In this document: positions 23,269 to 33,263 of the stretch, one piece after another | Layout: the number at the start of each line of letters is the position of its first letter | How positions within the stretch are numbered: position 1 is the first letter of the stretch | From: Deltaproteobacteria bacterium | GTDB lineage: Bacteria > Desulfobacterota > Desulfobaccia > Desulfobaccales > 0-14-0-80-60-11 | Reading direction: 5' to 3' | Length of the DNA stretch: 64,000 bases | NCBI GenBank assembly: GCA_016875015.1 | Contig: VGSJ01000001.1 | Coordinates: forward strand, 12,889 to 76,888 | Translations under genes and position numbers: made by a program | Notes under the pieces: model-generated | Database searches by the model: none | What the model saw: the letters and a program-made list of their open reading frames with translations, nothing else | Told to the model about the DNA's origin: nothing

Positions 23269-25605
23269 ATGAGTCCTGACAAACGGTCATATAATCTGGC
23301 TATTGTGGGAGCGGGACGGCAAGGCATGGCTATCCTGGAGGCCTTGGTGCCAACCCGGAAGACGGATCAACTCCTCCGCGAGCAACCCTTGCATGTAGTG
23401 GGAGTGGCCGATCTGAACCCGGAAGCTCCCGGTATAAGCTACGCTAATCGGTTCAACCTCTTTGTGACGGTCAATTTCGCTGATTTCTTCAAACTTCCCG
23501 ACCTAGCCATCATCGTCAACGCCACCGGCCGCCCCGAAGTTTCTCAGCAATTGCGTGAGCAGGCCCCTGGGAATTTAATGGTTCTCAACGTGGATCGACC
23601 ATTCTTTTCTTGGGAGGACTTCTGGGACCTTATTCCTGTGGAACTATCGTCTATTCAAGAGGTTGCGCCATTGCGACTAGGTATTGTCGGGGGAGGCAGG
23701 GGGGGGCATGAGGTTCTCCAGCTTCTCGCGGGAAATCAAAGTTACACGCGAAGAATTGAAATCCTCGGAATGGCCGACCCCAATCCCCTGGCCCAGGGCA
23801 TGGTCCTGGCGAAAAGTATGGGTATTCCAACGTTTGACGACTACGCCATGCTTTTGAAGGAAGCCCCGGACTTGATCCTGGAACTCACCGGGGAGCTGCA
23901 AGTTCGGGAAGGAATCATCCGGCAAAAGCAGCTCCATACCCAGATTATCGACCACATCAAGGCCCGTCTTTTCTGGGAACTGTTGCGCCGGGAGGAAGAC
24001 CGCCTGCGAAATAAGGTGGAAAGTGAAATCAAGTTGGGACGGCAACGCAGCCGCTTCCATAGGATATTCGACCACCTGCCCGACCCGGTGCTGGTGTTGC
24101 TCTCCAACTATATTGTGGATGAAGTCAACCTCACCTTTTTGAACCGCTTCCAAAAAAAGGAAGCGGAGGTCGTCGGGAAACCTTGTTATGAAGTGCTTCA
24201 TCAATTCGATGAGCCCTGTGACGCCAAAGGATTGGCCTGTCCCATGGCCCGGGTGCTGGAGAGTTGCCAAACCGTCCAGGTTTTGCACCACTGTTTAGGC
24301 TCCGAAGGTAAGGGGCACTGCGACGAAATTACCATGTCACCCTTGTTCCCGCCGGAAGCAACCCAAAAAAGGGTGGTGGAGGTCATCAAAGACATCACCC
24401 CCCGCCGGAAACTGGAAGTGGCCCTGGAGCAATCGCAGGCCCAGACCCAGGCATTGCTGAAGTATGCCATAAAAGAGAAGGCCTTTCTGGAAACCATTGT
24501 CAATGGGATTAAGGACCACATGATGGTCATAGATCTCGATTATAAGATCGTCGAGGTCAACCGGGCCTTGTTGGAGATGGTGGGGTTAGCACGGGAAGAC
24601 GTGGTGGGCAAGCACTGTTATGAAGTGTCCCACCACTTGCAGGAGCCTTGCGCCAGCCCTGATCATCCCTGTCCCTTAAAGAAAACCGTGGCTACCGGCC
24701 AGACCGCTTCCGCCATCCACGTCCACTTTGACAAGGATGGCCGGGAAAGCTATCTGCACGTGGTCTGCCATCCGCTGTTTGATGAGGAAGGACGGATTCG
24801 GGGAGTGGTCGATCTGTCCAGGGATATTACCCAAGAAATCAGCCGCACCCGCATGCTGCACGAAGACAAGATCGCTTCTTTGGGGAAGTTATCCGCCAGC
24901 GTCGTGCACGAGATCAACAATCCGTTGACCGGCATCCTCAGTTCCATCCGGGTGATCAAGCGCATGATGGAAAAGGAATTTCTGGGCGAGGAAGAGTTGA
25001 GAATGATGAAGAAACACACGGAGATAGTTTATAATGAAATTTTCCGGGTGGGCAAAACGGTTTCCAGCCTCCTGCCTTTTTCCCGCCGGTCCAAGCCGGA
25101 ATTCAAACCGGTCGATCTCAATACGTTGTTGGCTGAAACCTTGTCGCTAACCGAGCATCAGATGCGGCTGCAAGGGATCACGGTGGAAGCCCGCTGGGAT
25201 CCAAATCTGCTGCAGGTGAGGGCGGATCCAGGGAAGATGAAGCAGGTCTTTTTAAACCTCTTGTTGAATGCCCAGGATGCCATGCCGAAAGACGGCGCTT
25301 TGACCCTGGTGACCAGAAATACCAGGCGCCAGGAGGTCTTGGTGCTCATCGCCGACACCGGGATGGGCATTCCCAAAGATAAGTTCTCCCAAATTTTTGA
25401 ACCGTTCTATACCACCAAAGCCGGCGGTCTGGGGGCAGGGCTGGGGCTTTCCGTGGTGCATGGCATCATCGGGGACCACCAGGGGGTTATCAGAGTTCAC
25501 AGCGTTGTGGGCCGTGGAACCTGCTTTACTATCCGTCTGCCCGCCTATAAATGGGGAGAAAACCATGTTGCCTCACAAAAAGATCACCATCCTGGTAGTG
25601 GATGA
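23269..25605 (+). CDS. Cytoplasmic sensor histidine kinase: tandem Rossmann-like N-terminal modules + 2 PAS-like domains + HisKA + HATPase_c
   Basis: 778 aa with no TM segment. GxGxxG twice (IVGAGRQG, IVGGGRGG). Two PAS-like regions each carry GKxCYEVxHx4EPCx6CP. H-box SVVHEINNPLT, N-box LLLNAQDAM, G-boxes DTGMGIP and GLGAGLGLS. Confidence 0.9.
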   Translation: MSPDKRSYNLAIVGAGRQGMAILEALVPTRKTDQLLREQPLHVVGVADLNPEAPGISYANRFNLFVTVNFADFFKLPDLAIIVNATGRPEVSQQLREQAPGNLMVLNVDRPFFSWEDFWDLIPVELSSIQEVAPLRLGIVGGGRGGHEVLQLLAGNQSYTRRIEILGMADPNPLAQGMVLAKSMGIPTFDDYAMLLKEAPDLILELTGELQVREGIIRQKQLHTQIIDHIKARLFWELLRREEDRLRNKVESEIKLGRQRSRFHRIFDHLPDPVLVLLSNYIVDEVNLTFLNRFQKKEAEVVGKPCYEVLHQFDEPCDAKGLACPMARVLESCQTVQVLHHCLGSEGKGHCDEITMSPLFPPEATQKRVVEVIKDITPRRKLEVALEQSQAQTQALLKYAIKEKAFLETIVNGIKDHMMVIDLDYKIVEVNRALLEMVGLAREDVVGKHCYEVSHHLQEPCASPDHPCPLKKTVATGQTASAIHVHFDKDGRESYLHVVCHPLFDEEGRIRGVVDLSRDITQEISRTRMLHEDKIASLGKLSASVVHEINNPLTGILSSIRVIKRMMEKEFLGEEELRMMKKHTEIVYNEIFRVGKTVSSLLPFSRRSKPEFKPVDLNTLLAETLSLTEHQMRLQGITVEARWDPNLLQVRADPGKMKQVFLNLLLNAQDAMPKDGALTLVTRNTRRQEVLVLIADTGMGIPKDKFSQIFEPFYTTKAGGLGAGLGLSVVHGIIGDHQGVIRVHSVVGRGTCFTIRLPAYKWGENHVASQKDHHPGSG

Positions 25606-26914
25606 TGAGTTGAGTATACGCGAAGCTTTTAGCGACTGGCTAAAGCAGGATGGTTTTGAGGTGGAAACTGCGGACGACGGACCGGTGGCATTGGCCAAGA
25701 TCAAAGAACGCCATTATGATATCATGCTGGTTGACGTCAAAATGCCTCAAATGGACGGGATCACGCTGCTCAAGCACTTGAAGGAGAACGATCCCGATAC
25801 GGCCGTGGTGATGATGACGGCCCACGGCGCCATTCAGGACGCGGTGGAAGCGATAAAGCTGGGGGCTAACGATTATCTGCTTAAGCCGTTCGAATTGGAG
25901 GAACTCAGCCTCACTATCGAGAAACTGGTTCAGATGCAGACTCTGGCCATGGAAAACCTGATTCTCAAAGACCGGGTAGCGTCCATAACCCGCTTTGAAA
26001 ACCTGGTAGGCCAATCCCCCCCGATGCTCAAGCTCTTCGAAACCATCGTCAATGTGGCCCGCAGCGATGCCACCGTATTAATTACCGGGGAAACCGGCAC
26101 CGGCAAAGAATTGGTGGCCAGGACCATTCACGCCCGGAGCCCGCGCGGCTACAGTCCATTTATTGCCATAAACTGTGGGGCCTTCACGGAACATCTCCTG
26201 GAGAGCGAACTCTTCGGCCATGAGCGAGGCGCTTTCACCGACGCCAAATTTACCAAGAAAGGCCGGTTGGAGATGGCCAACGCCGGGACCCTCTTTCTCG
26301 ATGAAGTGGGCGACATCTCCATGAAGATGCAGATCGATCTCCTGCGCGTCCTGGAAACCCACGAATTCACCCGGGTGGGAGGGACAACGACGATAAACAG
26401 CGACTTTCGGGTCATCGCCGCCACCCATCAGGACCTTCAGGAAAGCATACGGCGTCGCACCTTCCGTCAAGATCTCTTCTACCGCCTTAACGTCATCCAC
26501 CTGGAGGTTCCCCCTTTACGGGAGCGGCCGGAAGATATCCCCCTGCTGGCTGAGCACTTCCTGCGACGCTATGCCACCGAGACCGGCAAGAAGATTGACT
26601 CCATTCATCCAGAAGCCCTGGCGGCGATGCGGCGACATGCATGGCCCGGGAACATCCGGGAGCTGGAAAATGCCATCGAGCGGGCGGTCGTGGTGGGAAA
26701 AAGCCGGCAGATCAAACCTGCCGACCTGCCCTTTGTCTTTGCTCCGGGTGGAGCGGAGGAAGCCGCGAATCTCTCTTTGGAGGATATGGAGCGCCGTCAC
26801 ATCGCCCTGGTGCTGGCCGCGGAAGGCGGTCACATCACCAACGCTGCCAAGGTCCTGCGGATCAACCGCAACACCCTTTACGAGAAAATCAAGAAATATG
26901 GCCTAACGCCTTGA
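25565..26914 (+). CDS. Sigma54-dependent response regulator (NtrC family: REC + AAA+ + Fis-type HTH)
   Basis: ATG 25565 (SD GGGGAG) gives MLPHKKITILVVDDE and overlaps the kinase gene by 41 nt. Walker A GETGTGKE, GAFTGA-type loop (GAFTDA), and C-terminal HTH NAAKVLRINRNTLYEKIKKYGL. The track ORF start (25397) is an upstream extension. Confidence 0.92.
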   Translation: MLPHKKITILVVDDELSIREAFSDWLKQDGFEVETADDGPVALAKIKERHYDIMLVDVKMPQMDGITLLKHLKENDPDTAVVMMTAHGAIQDAVEAIKLGANDYLLKPFELEELSLTIEKLVQMQTLAMENLILKDRVASITRFENLVGQSPPMLKLFETIVNVARSDATVLITGETGTGKELVARTIHARSPRGYSPFIAINCGAFTEHLLESELFGHERGAFTDAKFTKKGRLEMANAGTLFLDEVGDISMKMQIDLLRVLETHEFTRVGGTTTINSDFRVIAATHQDLQESIRRRTFRQDLFYRLNVIHLEVPPLRERPEDIPLLAEHFLRRYATETGKKIDSIHPEALAAMRRHAWPGNIRELENAIERAVVVGKSRQIKPADLPFVFAPGGAEEAANLSLEDMERRHIALVLAAEGGHITNAAKVLRINRNTLYEKIKKYGLTP

Positions 26915-26960
26915 AGATAGTCAACCAAGCGGCTTCCCGGCTGAAGCACGGTTGAACTCT

Positions 26961-27518
26961 ATGTCACTCCGTCCGTTTCTGGGGCTGGTTCCCCTGGGCC
27001 ACGTGGATCTGCTGGTCCTTCAGCATTTGTGTACGGCCATTACCGAGTTTCTTTCCCTACCGGTAAGGATCTTGCCCCCCAGACCCTTGCCGCCCCATAC
27101 CTACCACCTGCCACGGAATCAATATGACTCCACCCGACTCCTGGAATACCTCCTCAGCGAGAGCCACGACGAGGCTTTCCGAGTACTGGGGATAACTGCG
27201 GTAGACCTCTGCATCCCGATATTTACCTTCGTCTTTGGAGAAGCCCAATTAGACGGGAAGGCGGCGATCATTTCGACGTTGCGCCCCGGGGGGGGCGCCG
27301 ATAACATCAAGCCGCGACAACCTATCTTTTTGGAACGCCTGGTCAAATTGAGCTTGCACGAGTTGGGCCATACCTTTAACCTGCCGCACTGCCGGCGGGA
27401 GGGTTGTCTCATGGGTTTTGCCGCCAACCTGGAGATATTGGACCAGAAGAACATAGAACTCTGTGAGTATTGCCGGATCCTGCTGGCCGATTATTTCAAC
27501 ACCGTCAGCGACCTATGA
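26961..27518 (+). CDS. amzA: Archaemetzincin-like zinc metallopeptidase (peptidase M54)
   Basis: 185 aa from ATG 26961. HELGHTFNLPHC (HExxHxxGxxH + Cys), followed by CLMG...CEYC, the second Cys4-type zinc site typical of archaemetzincins. Confidence 0.8.
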   Translation: MSLRPFLGLVPLGHVDLLVLQHLCTAITEFLSLPVRILPPRPLPPHTYHLPRNQYDSTRLLEYLLSESHDEAFRVLGITAVDLCIPIFTFVFGEAQLDGKAAIISTLRPGGGADNIKPRQPIFLERLVKLSLHELGHTFNLPHCRREGCLMGFAANLEILDQKNIELCEYCRILLADYFNTVSDL

Positions 27519-27723
27519 CATTAGCCCCCTTCGCAATCCGTCCGTGACCCATCTGTAGCAAAAACCCTTCCTATCCACTTTTTGCCAACAGTTTTTTCGG
27601 TTGCACCCCTCTACCTGACCCTTGTATCCCCGCCTCCGCGGCGAGGACGCGATTGCCAACCGGCAAACTTCTCGGACTCTTTTGAAGCCGCGTCGCGGCG
27701 GCGCGACCCACCTTCCGGCAATA

Positions 27724-29406
27724 TCACGGGGTAGTAACCTGCCCCACGGCATAAAGGGCAACTGGGTCCTGAATTCCTTTCAGGCGGGCCTCAAACTCCC
27801 GGGTAATGGTGACCTCGGCCTGAATCAGCTGGTACACCGCCGCGGAGATCACCACCTCCCCGCGTCGGGCCTGGCCCTGGATGCGATGGGCCAGGTTCAC
27901 CGCGGACCCCACGATGCCATATTTGGCCCGGGTTTCCGAACCGATATTGCCCACCACCACCTCCCCGGCATGGAGGCCGATCCCCATGTGGAGAGGCGGC
28001 AATTTCTGGCCGATTCCAGCCAGGTTGACGCCCAGCATGGCCTGCTGCATCGAAAGGGCGCACTGCAGCGCCTCCCGCCCCACCGGCGCCAGGGGACCGT
28101 CGAGCGGATCAAAAAAGGCCAGGATCGCATCCCCCAGGAAATCCACGATGATGCCGTGATGCCGGCGCAGCACCTCCACCATCCGGGAAAAATAACCGTT
28201 GACCAGCTGAATGGTGGCCTCCGGGCTCAAGGTCTCGGCAATGGGAGTAAAACCCCGAATATCCGAAAACATGATGACCACCTGCCGCTTTTCCCCGCCC
28301 AAACGGCTGGCTTCCGGCCGCTGCATGAGTTTGGCGGCGATCTCCTGGTCCACGTAGCGGCCAAAGGTATTGCTGATGAAATCGCGCTCTTTCAAGCCCG
28401 CCACCATGTCGTTGAAGCTCAGGGTCAACTGGCCGATCTCGTCCCGGGATCGGACCTCCAGGGACTCGCCGTAATCGCCCTGGGCCACCAGGGCCGCTTT
28501 CCGGGAGAGCCGCCGGATGGCGGCGACTATGGACCCCACTCCCAGGCGGATGAGAATCAGGCTGACGGCCAGGCAGATCAGACCCGCCAGGATATAATAA
28601 AAGCGAAAACGCAGGATCGGGGCCATGATCTGGTTTTCCTGGGCATGGAGCATGATGGCCCAGGGAGCCGCGTGCAGCCGGTAGTAGCCGATCACCTGGT
28701 TATGGCCCACCTCGGTCCCGTAGGGCTTCTCCTTCATGGCCTTGAGCATGGCGAGCTCCAGGGGATTTTGGGTCTCCCCCAGACAATGCCGGGTTGCCAT
28801 GGCCGGGTTGGTGTGGGCCAGGTACTGCCCCTGTTCGTTCACCAGACAGGCCATAAAGGCATGGAACCAACCGGAAGTGAGGATGCCATGCATCAGGTAG
28901 TCCAGTTTCATGGTCACTTCCAGGCGTCCCAGGGGTTGTCCCGCCTCATTCAGGAGAGTGGTTCTGAGGCTCACGGTTTTATGATCCGGGGGATAAAAAA
29001 ACTGGGGCGGAGAGACTTTGGCCACCCGGGGGGCCAAGCCCCCGCCCCCCCTGTCCTCCTGGATAATCCCGGCGCCGCCGGGCGGCGGCTCCTGCCACTC
29101 CAGGCTGACCTGGCTCACCCCCGGCTGTTCCCGCAGCTTTTGCAATATCCAGTTCTGGTTGTCCGTCCCCCGGCGGTCACCGCCGGTATTGACCAGGGAC
29201 GGGATCCATTGCAGGGGCTCATTCAGGCGCATATCCATATGATGGGCCGCCCGCTCCAGCCGGAGAATGGCGGCTTCCTGCCACTCCCCATAGAGAGTGC
29301 CCCGGATATAAATGTAGCCCGCCACGCCGATGCTTAACAGAAAAACCGCCATCGGCAGGATCAAAAAGATTATCAGGCGCTGTTGTAAGGTCTTGATAGT
29401 AAACAT
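27724..29406 (-). CDS. Membrane-bound class III adenylate/guanylate cyclase with periplasmic sensor region and HAMP domain
   Basis: 560 aa. TM1, a ~250-aa extracytoplasmic region, TM2, HAMP (IRRLSRKAALVAQGDY...IGQLTLSFNDMVAGLKERD), and a cyclase domain (VVIMFSDIRGFTPIAE, GDAILAFF, GLHAGEVVVGNIGS). Confidence 0.9.
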   Translation of the reverse strand: MFTIKTLQQRLIIFLILPMAVFLLSIGVAGYIYIRGTLYGEWQEAAILRLERAAHHMDMRLNEPLQWIPSLVNTGGDRRGTDNQNWILQKLREQPGVSQVSLEWQEPPPGGAGIIQEDRGGGGLAPRVAKVSPPQFFYPPDHKTVSLRTTLLNEAGQPLGRLEVTMKLDYLMHGILTSGWFHAFMACLVNEQGQYLAHTNPAMATRHCLGETQNPLELAMLKAMKEKPYGTEVGHNQVIGYYRLHAAPWAIMLHAQENQIMAPILRFRFYYILAGLICLAVSLILIRLGVGSIVAAIRRLSRKAALVAQGDYGESLEVRSRDEIGQLTLSFNDMVAGLKERDFISNTFGRYVDQEIAAKLMQRPEASRLGGEKRQVVIMFSDIRGFTPIAETLSPEATIQLVNGYFSRMVEVLRRHHGIIVDFLGDAILAFFDPLDGPLAPVGREALQCALSMQQAMLGVNLAGIGQKLPPLHMGIGLHAGEVVVGNIGSETRAKYGIVGSAVNLAHRIQGQARRGEVVISAAVYQLIQAEVTITREFEARLKGIQDPVALYAVGQVTTP

Positions 29407-29650
29407 GCGGCAAAAGCCTTTCAGGGGGAGCAGTCAGGCCGGCGAACCGCGCTGGCCGCTGAACGGCTCATGAGATGCAATACCCCCCGGCGCCCGTCAA
29501 TCTTCCCGGGCAAGCCCCGCGGCCTTTTTCCCAGGGACAGGGCCGCGGGTGGGTCCTAAAGGAACGCCTCAGGTGAAGCAATTATAACTCTCTTTCCGGG
29601 AATGGGAGTCAGAGTTTCTGCTGACGGGGCCTGGCGAAGGGGTCGCCGGC

Positions 29651-30592
29651 TCAGGATTTCCGCGCCCAGGGACTCCGGCAAAACCAGTCGTAGGTTTTGT
29701 GCAGACCTTCAGGGAGGGGCGTTTTGGCCTGCCACCCCAGAGAGGTCAGGCGGCTGACGTCCAACAATTTTCGGGGGGCGCCATCGGGATAGGCGGGATC
29801 AAGCTTAATCTGCCCCTTAAAGCCGATGACCGCGGCCACGGCCCGGGCCAATTCCAAAACCTGAATGTCCTGGCCCACCCCGATATTGATGATCTCCCCC
29901 TCCTGATAGCGTTCCATCAGGAAGAAGCAGGCGTCGGCCAGATCATCCACGTAGAGAAATTCCCGCCGGGGGGCGCCGGTGCCCCAGACGGGCACCTCCG
30001 GGGCGCCCGTAATTTTGCCCTGGTGAAATTTCCGGATCAGGGCGGGGATGACGTGGGAGTCCAGCAGGTCAAAATTGTCTCCCGGGCCATAGAGATTGGT
30101 GGGCATCACCGAAATGAAACAGGCGCCGTACTGCCGGTTATATGACTGGCACATCTTGATGCCGGCAATTTTCGCCACCGCGTAGGGCTCATTGGTGGGT
30201 TCGAGCTTGCCGTCCAGGAGATAGTCTTCCTTCATGGGCTGAGGGCAGAGCCTGGGGTAGATGCAGGAACTCCCCAGAAACATGAGCTTTTTGACGTCGT
30301 GGCGGTAGGCCTGGTGAATGATATTGGCCTGAATCATCAGGTTGTCGTAGATAAAGTCCGCCGGAAACGTGGCATTGGCCCTGATTCCCCCCACCCGGGC
30401 GGCCGCCAGGAAGACGTACTCAGGTCGTTCCCGGCCAAAAAAGTCGGCCACCGCGGCCTGAGCCCGCAGGTCCAATTCCGGTAAGCTGCGGCCCACCAGG
30501 TTCTTAAACCCGGCAGCCTGCAGCCGCCGCCAAATGGCGCCTCCCACCAGACCCTGGTGCCCGGCCACATAGATTTTTGCATCAGGTTTCAC
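29651..30592 (-). CDS. fcl: GDP-L-fucose synthase (GDP-4-keto-6-deoxy-D-mannose 3,5-epimerase/4-reductase)
   Basis: A GTG start at 30592 (GGAGG ~12 nt upstream) gives [24 protein letters not shown] and a ~313-aa Fcl-sized product. The longer track ORF (to 30724) would overlap gmd. Conserved ...NLYGPGDNF..., [10 protein letters not shown]. Confidence 0.9.
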   Translation of the reverse strand: MKPDAKIYVAGHQGLVGGAIWRRLQAAGFKNLVGRSLPELDLRAQAAVADFFGRERPEYVFLAAARVGGIRANATFPADFIYDNLMIQANIIHQAYRHDVKKLMFLGSSCIYPRLCPQPMKEDYLLDGKLEPTNEPYAVAKIAGIKMCQSYNRQYGACFISVMPTNLYGPGDNFDLLDSHVIPALIRKFHQGKITGAPEVPVWGTGAPRREFLYVDDLADACFFLMERYQEGEIINIGVGQDIQVLELARAVAAVIGFKGQIKLDPAYPDGAPRKLLDVSRLTSLGWQAKTPLPEGLHKTYDWFCRSPWARKS

Positions 30593-30648
30593 GATGTTGC
30601 AGGTCCCCTCCCTGTTGGCCGGCGGCGTGCGGTCGCCGGCTCCTCCGG

Positions 30649-31716
30649 CTAACGCGGCGAGTCCGCCTCGCCCTGGGGGCCAAGCTGGTTTTCCTGCCGC
30701 AGACGCTGGATCACGTCCTGGCACTGGCGCAGGTCGATCAGATCCTTAAGGTCGGCATCCACCATAATGCGCACCAGCTCCCGGAAGCTGACCCGAGGCT
30801 CCCAGCCCAGGATTCGCCGGGCCTTGCCGGCATCTCCCCATAAATAGTCCACTTCCGTGGGCCGGAAGTACTTCGGATCGATCTCGACGTATTCCCGCCA
30901 GTCCAGGTCGGCATGGGAAAAGGCTTCTTCCAGGAACTCCTGGACCGAATGGGCCTCCCCGGTGGCGATCACCAGGTCTTCCGGGGTGTCCTGCTGCAAC
31001 ATGAGCCACATGGCTTCAACGTAGTCCGGGGCATAGCCCCAATCGCGCCGGGCCGAAAGGTTCCCCAGGTAGAGTTTCTTCTGCAAGCCGAATTTGATCC
31101 TGGCCACCGCCCGGGTGATCTTGCGGGTCACAAAGGTCTCCCCCCGGCGGGGCGATTCGTGGTTGAACAGGATGCCGTTGTTGGCAAAGAGGCCGTAAGC
31201 TTCCCGGTAGTTGCGCACCATCCAGTAACCATAAAGCTTGGCCACGGCATAAGGACTCCGGGGACACATGGGGGTAGCTTCATTCTGGGGCGGCGGGGAG
31301 TCGCCAAACAGTTCGCTGGACGAGGCCTGGTAAAACCGGGTCTTGATGCCGCTGCGGCGAACGGCCTCCAGGAGCCGGGTCACCCCCAGGCCGGTCACAT
31401 CCCCGGTATATTCGGGCATGTCGAAGCTGACCCGCACGTGGCTCTGGGCGGCCAGGTGGTAGATTTCGTCCGGTTGGAGGTTGTAGATCAGATGGCTAAG
31501 TTGCCCGGAGTCGCTCAGATCCCCATAATGAAGAAACAACCGGGCCCCCGCTTCATGGGGGTCCACGTACAGGTGGTCAATGCGCCTGGTGTTGAAGGTG
31601 CTGGACCGGCGCACCAGGCCATGCACTTCATAACCCTTGGCCAGGAGGAACTCGGCCAGATAGCTGCCGTCCTGTCCGGTAATGCCGGTAACCAGCGCCT
31701 TTTTATTCCGACTCAT
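30649..31716 (-). CDS. gmd: GDP-mannose 4,6-dehydratase (long form)
   Basis: 355 aa. [57 protein letters not shown]. Confidence 0.95.
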   Translation of the reverse strand: MSRNKKALVTGITGQDGSYLAEFLLAKGYEVHGLVRRSSTFNTRRIDHLYVDPHEAGARLFLHYGDLSDSGQLSHLIYNLQPDEIYHLAAQSHVRVSFDMPEYTGDVTGLGVTRLLEAVRRSGIKTRFYQASSSELFGDSPPPQNEATPMCPRSPYAVAKLYGYWMVRNYREAYGLFANNGILFNHESPRRGETFVTRKITRAVARIKFGLQKKLYLGNLSARRDWGYAPDYVEAMWLMLQQDTPEDLVIATGEAHSVQEFLEEAFSHADLDWREYVEIDPKYFRPTEVDYLWGDAGKARRILGWEPRVSFRELVRIMVDADLKDLIDLRQCQDVIQRLRQENQLGPQGEADSPR

Positions 31717-31770
31717 CTAATGCCTCCATGAACTTATCAGCCGGGCGCCGGGCGCCGGGCGCCTCCACCC

Positions 31771-33180
31771 TCAATAGGCGTGGCTGTCTTTAAAACTCCG
31801 AACAATCGTCAGGATGATGATCTTCAGATCGAACCACAGTGACCAGCGGCGCAGATAATCCAGGTCATATTCCACCCGCTTTTCCATCTTTTCCAGGGTT
31901 TCGGTCTCGCCCCGCCAGCCGTTGACTTGGGCCCACCCCGTAAGGCCGGGGCGCACCTTGTGCCGCAGCATATACCCCGGAATGAGACGGCGGTAATACT
32001 CATTATGCGCCACCGCATGGGGCCTGGGCCCGACAATGGACATGGACCCCATGAGGACATTGAAAAACTGGGGCACCTCATCCAGGCTGGTGCGCCGCAA
32101 CCATCTGCCGAAAGGGGTCACCCGGCTGTCGTCTTTGGTTGTTTGGGCAATATGCTGGCCGTCTTCACAGACTTCCATGGTGCGGAATTTGTAGACGATG
32201 ATCTCAGAACCATCCAGGCCATAGCGCCGTTGCCGGAAGATTATGGGGCCCGGAGACGTCAACTTCACCCCCAGGGCAATCAGGACGAGCAGCGGGGACA
32301 CCAGTATCAGGATCAGGCTGGCCAGCACCAGGTCTTCGGCCCGCTTCAGCCAGCCGTTCACCCCGAAGAAGGGGGTTTCCCACAAAGCGATGAGCGGTAT
32401 GCCGCGCAAATCGGTCAGGCTGGCGGACAGCAGGGAGAAAATGAAGACATCCGGGACATAATAGACCGAGGCGGTGGTGTCCTGGAGGGATTCCACCACC
32501 TGGCGAAGGCGGTCTTCGGCTCGCAGGGGCAACGCCAGATAGACCATGTCGACCTGCTGTTTCTTCACGACCCCAATCATGTCGTCCAGGGTGCCCAGCA
32601 CCGGATAGCTTTGGTGATCCAGGAGGACTTCCCCCGTGACCCGGTCGTCAAAAAACCCCAGGAGGCGCATCCCCAGCCAGGGAGTCTCCACCACGTTTTT
32701 CGCCAGGCGGCGTCCCAGGTCCCCCGCCCCGGCAATAAACACGGTGCGGCTGTTGCGGCCTTGCTGCCGCAGCCACCGCAAGCCCCAAAAGACCTGCAAC
32801 CGCAGAATCACCATGGCCACGGGGACTGTCACCATCCAGGTGAACATGACTTTCCGGGAAAAAACCATCGAGGTCTTGCTGGCGTATCCCAGCAGCATGA
32901 GGATGGCCACGATCACCAGCCAGGCCAGAAGAACCCGGCGCACCAAGTGGATGAGATTGGCGCCGCGCCAGGGCTGATAGAGTTGGGTGGCCCGAAAAAC
33001 GATAATGGTTAACAGGAAGGTGACCAGCGCCAGGACCTGGAAGATAAGGCGAAAGGATTCCTCATAGAACCAGCAGATGAGGACCAGCATCAATACCGCC
33101 AGGACCCCGTCCAGGAGCCATTGCAACCGGGAGATGATCCAGCGGTATTCATTAAAAATGCCCTGGCGATGACTAAACAC
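31771..33180 (-). CDS. Polyprenyl-phosphate hexose-1-phosphate transferase (WcaJ/WbaP-type priming glycosyltransferase)
   Basis: 469 aa. Four to five N-terminal TM helices, a central Rossmann-like region, and a C-terminal bacterial sugar transferase domain (PGPIIFRQRRYGLDG, SIVGPRPH, KVRPGLTGWAQVNGWRGET). Confidence 0.9.
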   Translation of the reverse strand: MFSHRQGIFNEYRWIISRLQWLLDGVLAVLMLVLICWFYEESFRLIFQVLALVTFLLTIIVFRATQLYQPWRGANLIHLVRRVLLAWLVIVAILMLLGYASKTSMVFSRKVMFTWMVTVPVAMVILRLQVFWGLRWLRQQGRNSRTVFIAGAGDLGRRLAKNVVETPWLGMRLLGFFDDRVTGEVLLDHQSYPVLGTLDDMIGVVKKQQVDMVYLALPLRAEDRLRQVVESLQDTTASVYYVPDVFIFSLLSASLTDLRGIPLIALWETPFFGVNGWLKRAEDLVLASLILILVSPLLVLIALGVKLTSPGPIIFRQRRYGLDGSEIIVYKFRTMEVCEDGQHIAQTTKDDSRVTPFGRWLRRTSLDEVPQFFNVLMGSMSIVGPRPHAVAHNEYYRRLIPGYMLRHKVRPGLTGWAQVNGWRGETETLEKMEKRVEYDLDYLRRWSLWFDLKIIILTIVRSFKDSHAY

Positions 33181-33263
33181 CTGCGACTCTCCTGCCTGAA
33201 CCGGTTTTTACCAACATCCGGCGCGGCCCGCGCCTTTTGCCGTGCGACCTCGCGTTATCCGGG

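Noticed and set aside
27622-29337. 571-aa plus-strand ORF
   Set aside because: It is antisense to the HAMP/class III cyclase gene, which has clear catalytic motifs. The plus-strand translation is Gly/Pro/His/Arg-rich with no recognisable domain.
30593-30724. 44-codon N-terminal extension of fcl in the track ORF
   Set aside because: It would overlap the 3' end of gmd by 76 nt and adds a Pro/Gly/Ala-rich peptide. The GTG at 30592 with an upstream GGAGG gives a canonical Fcl N-terminus and length.
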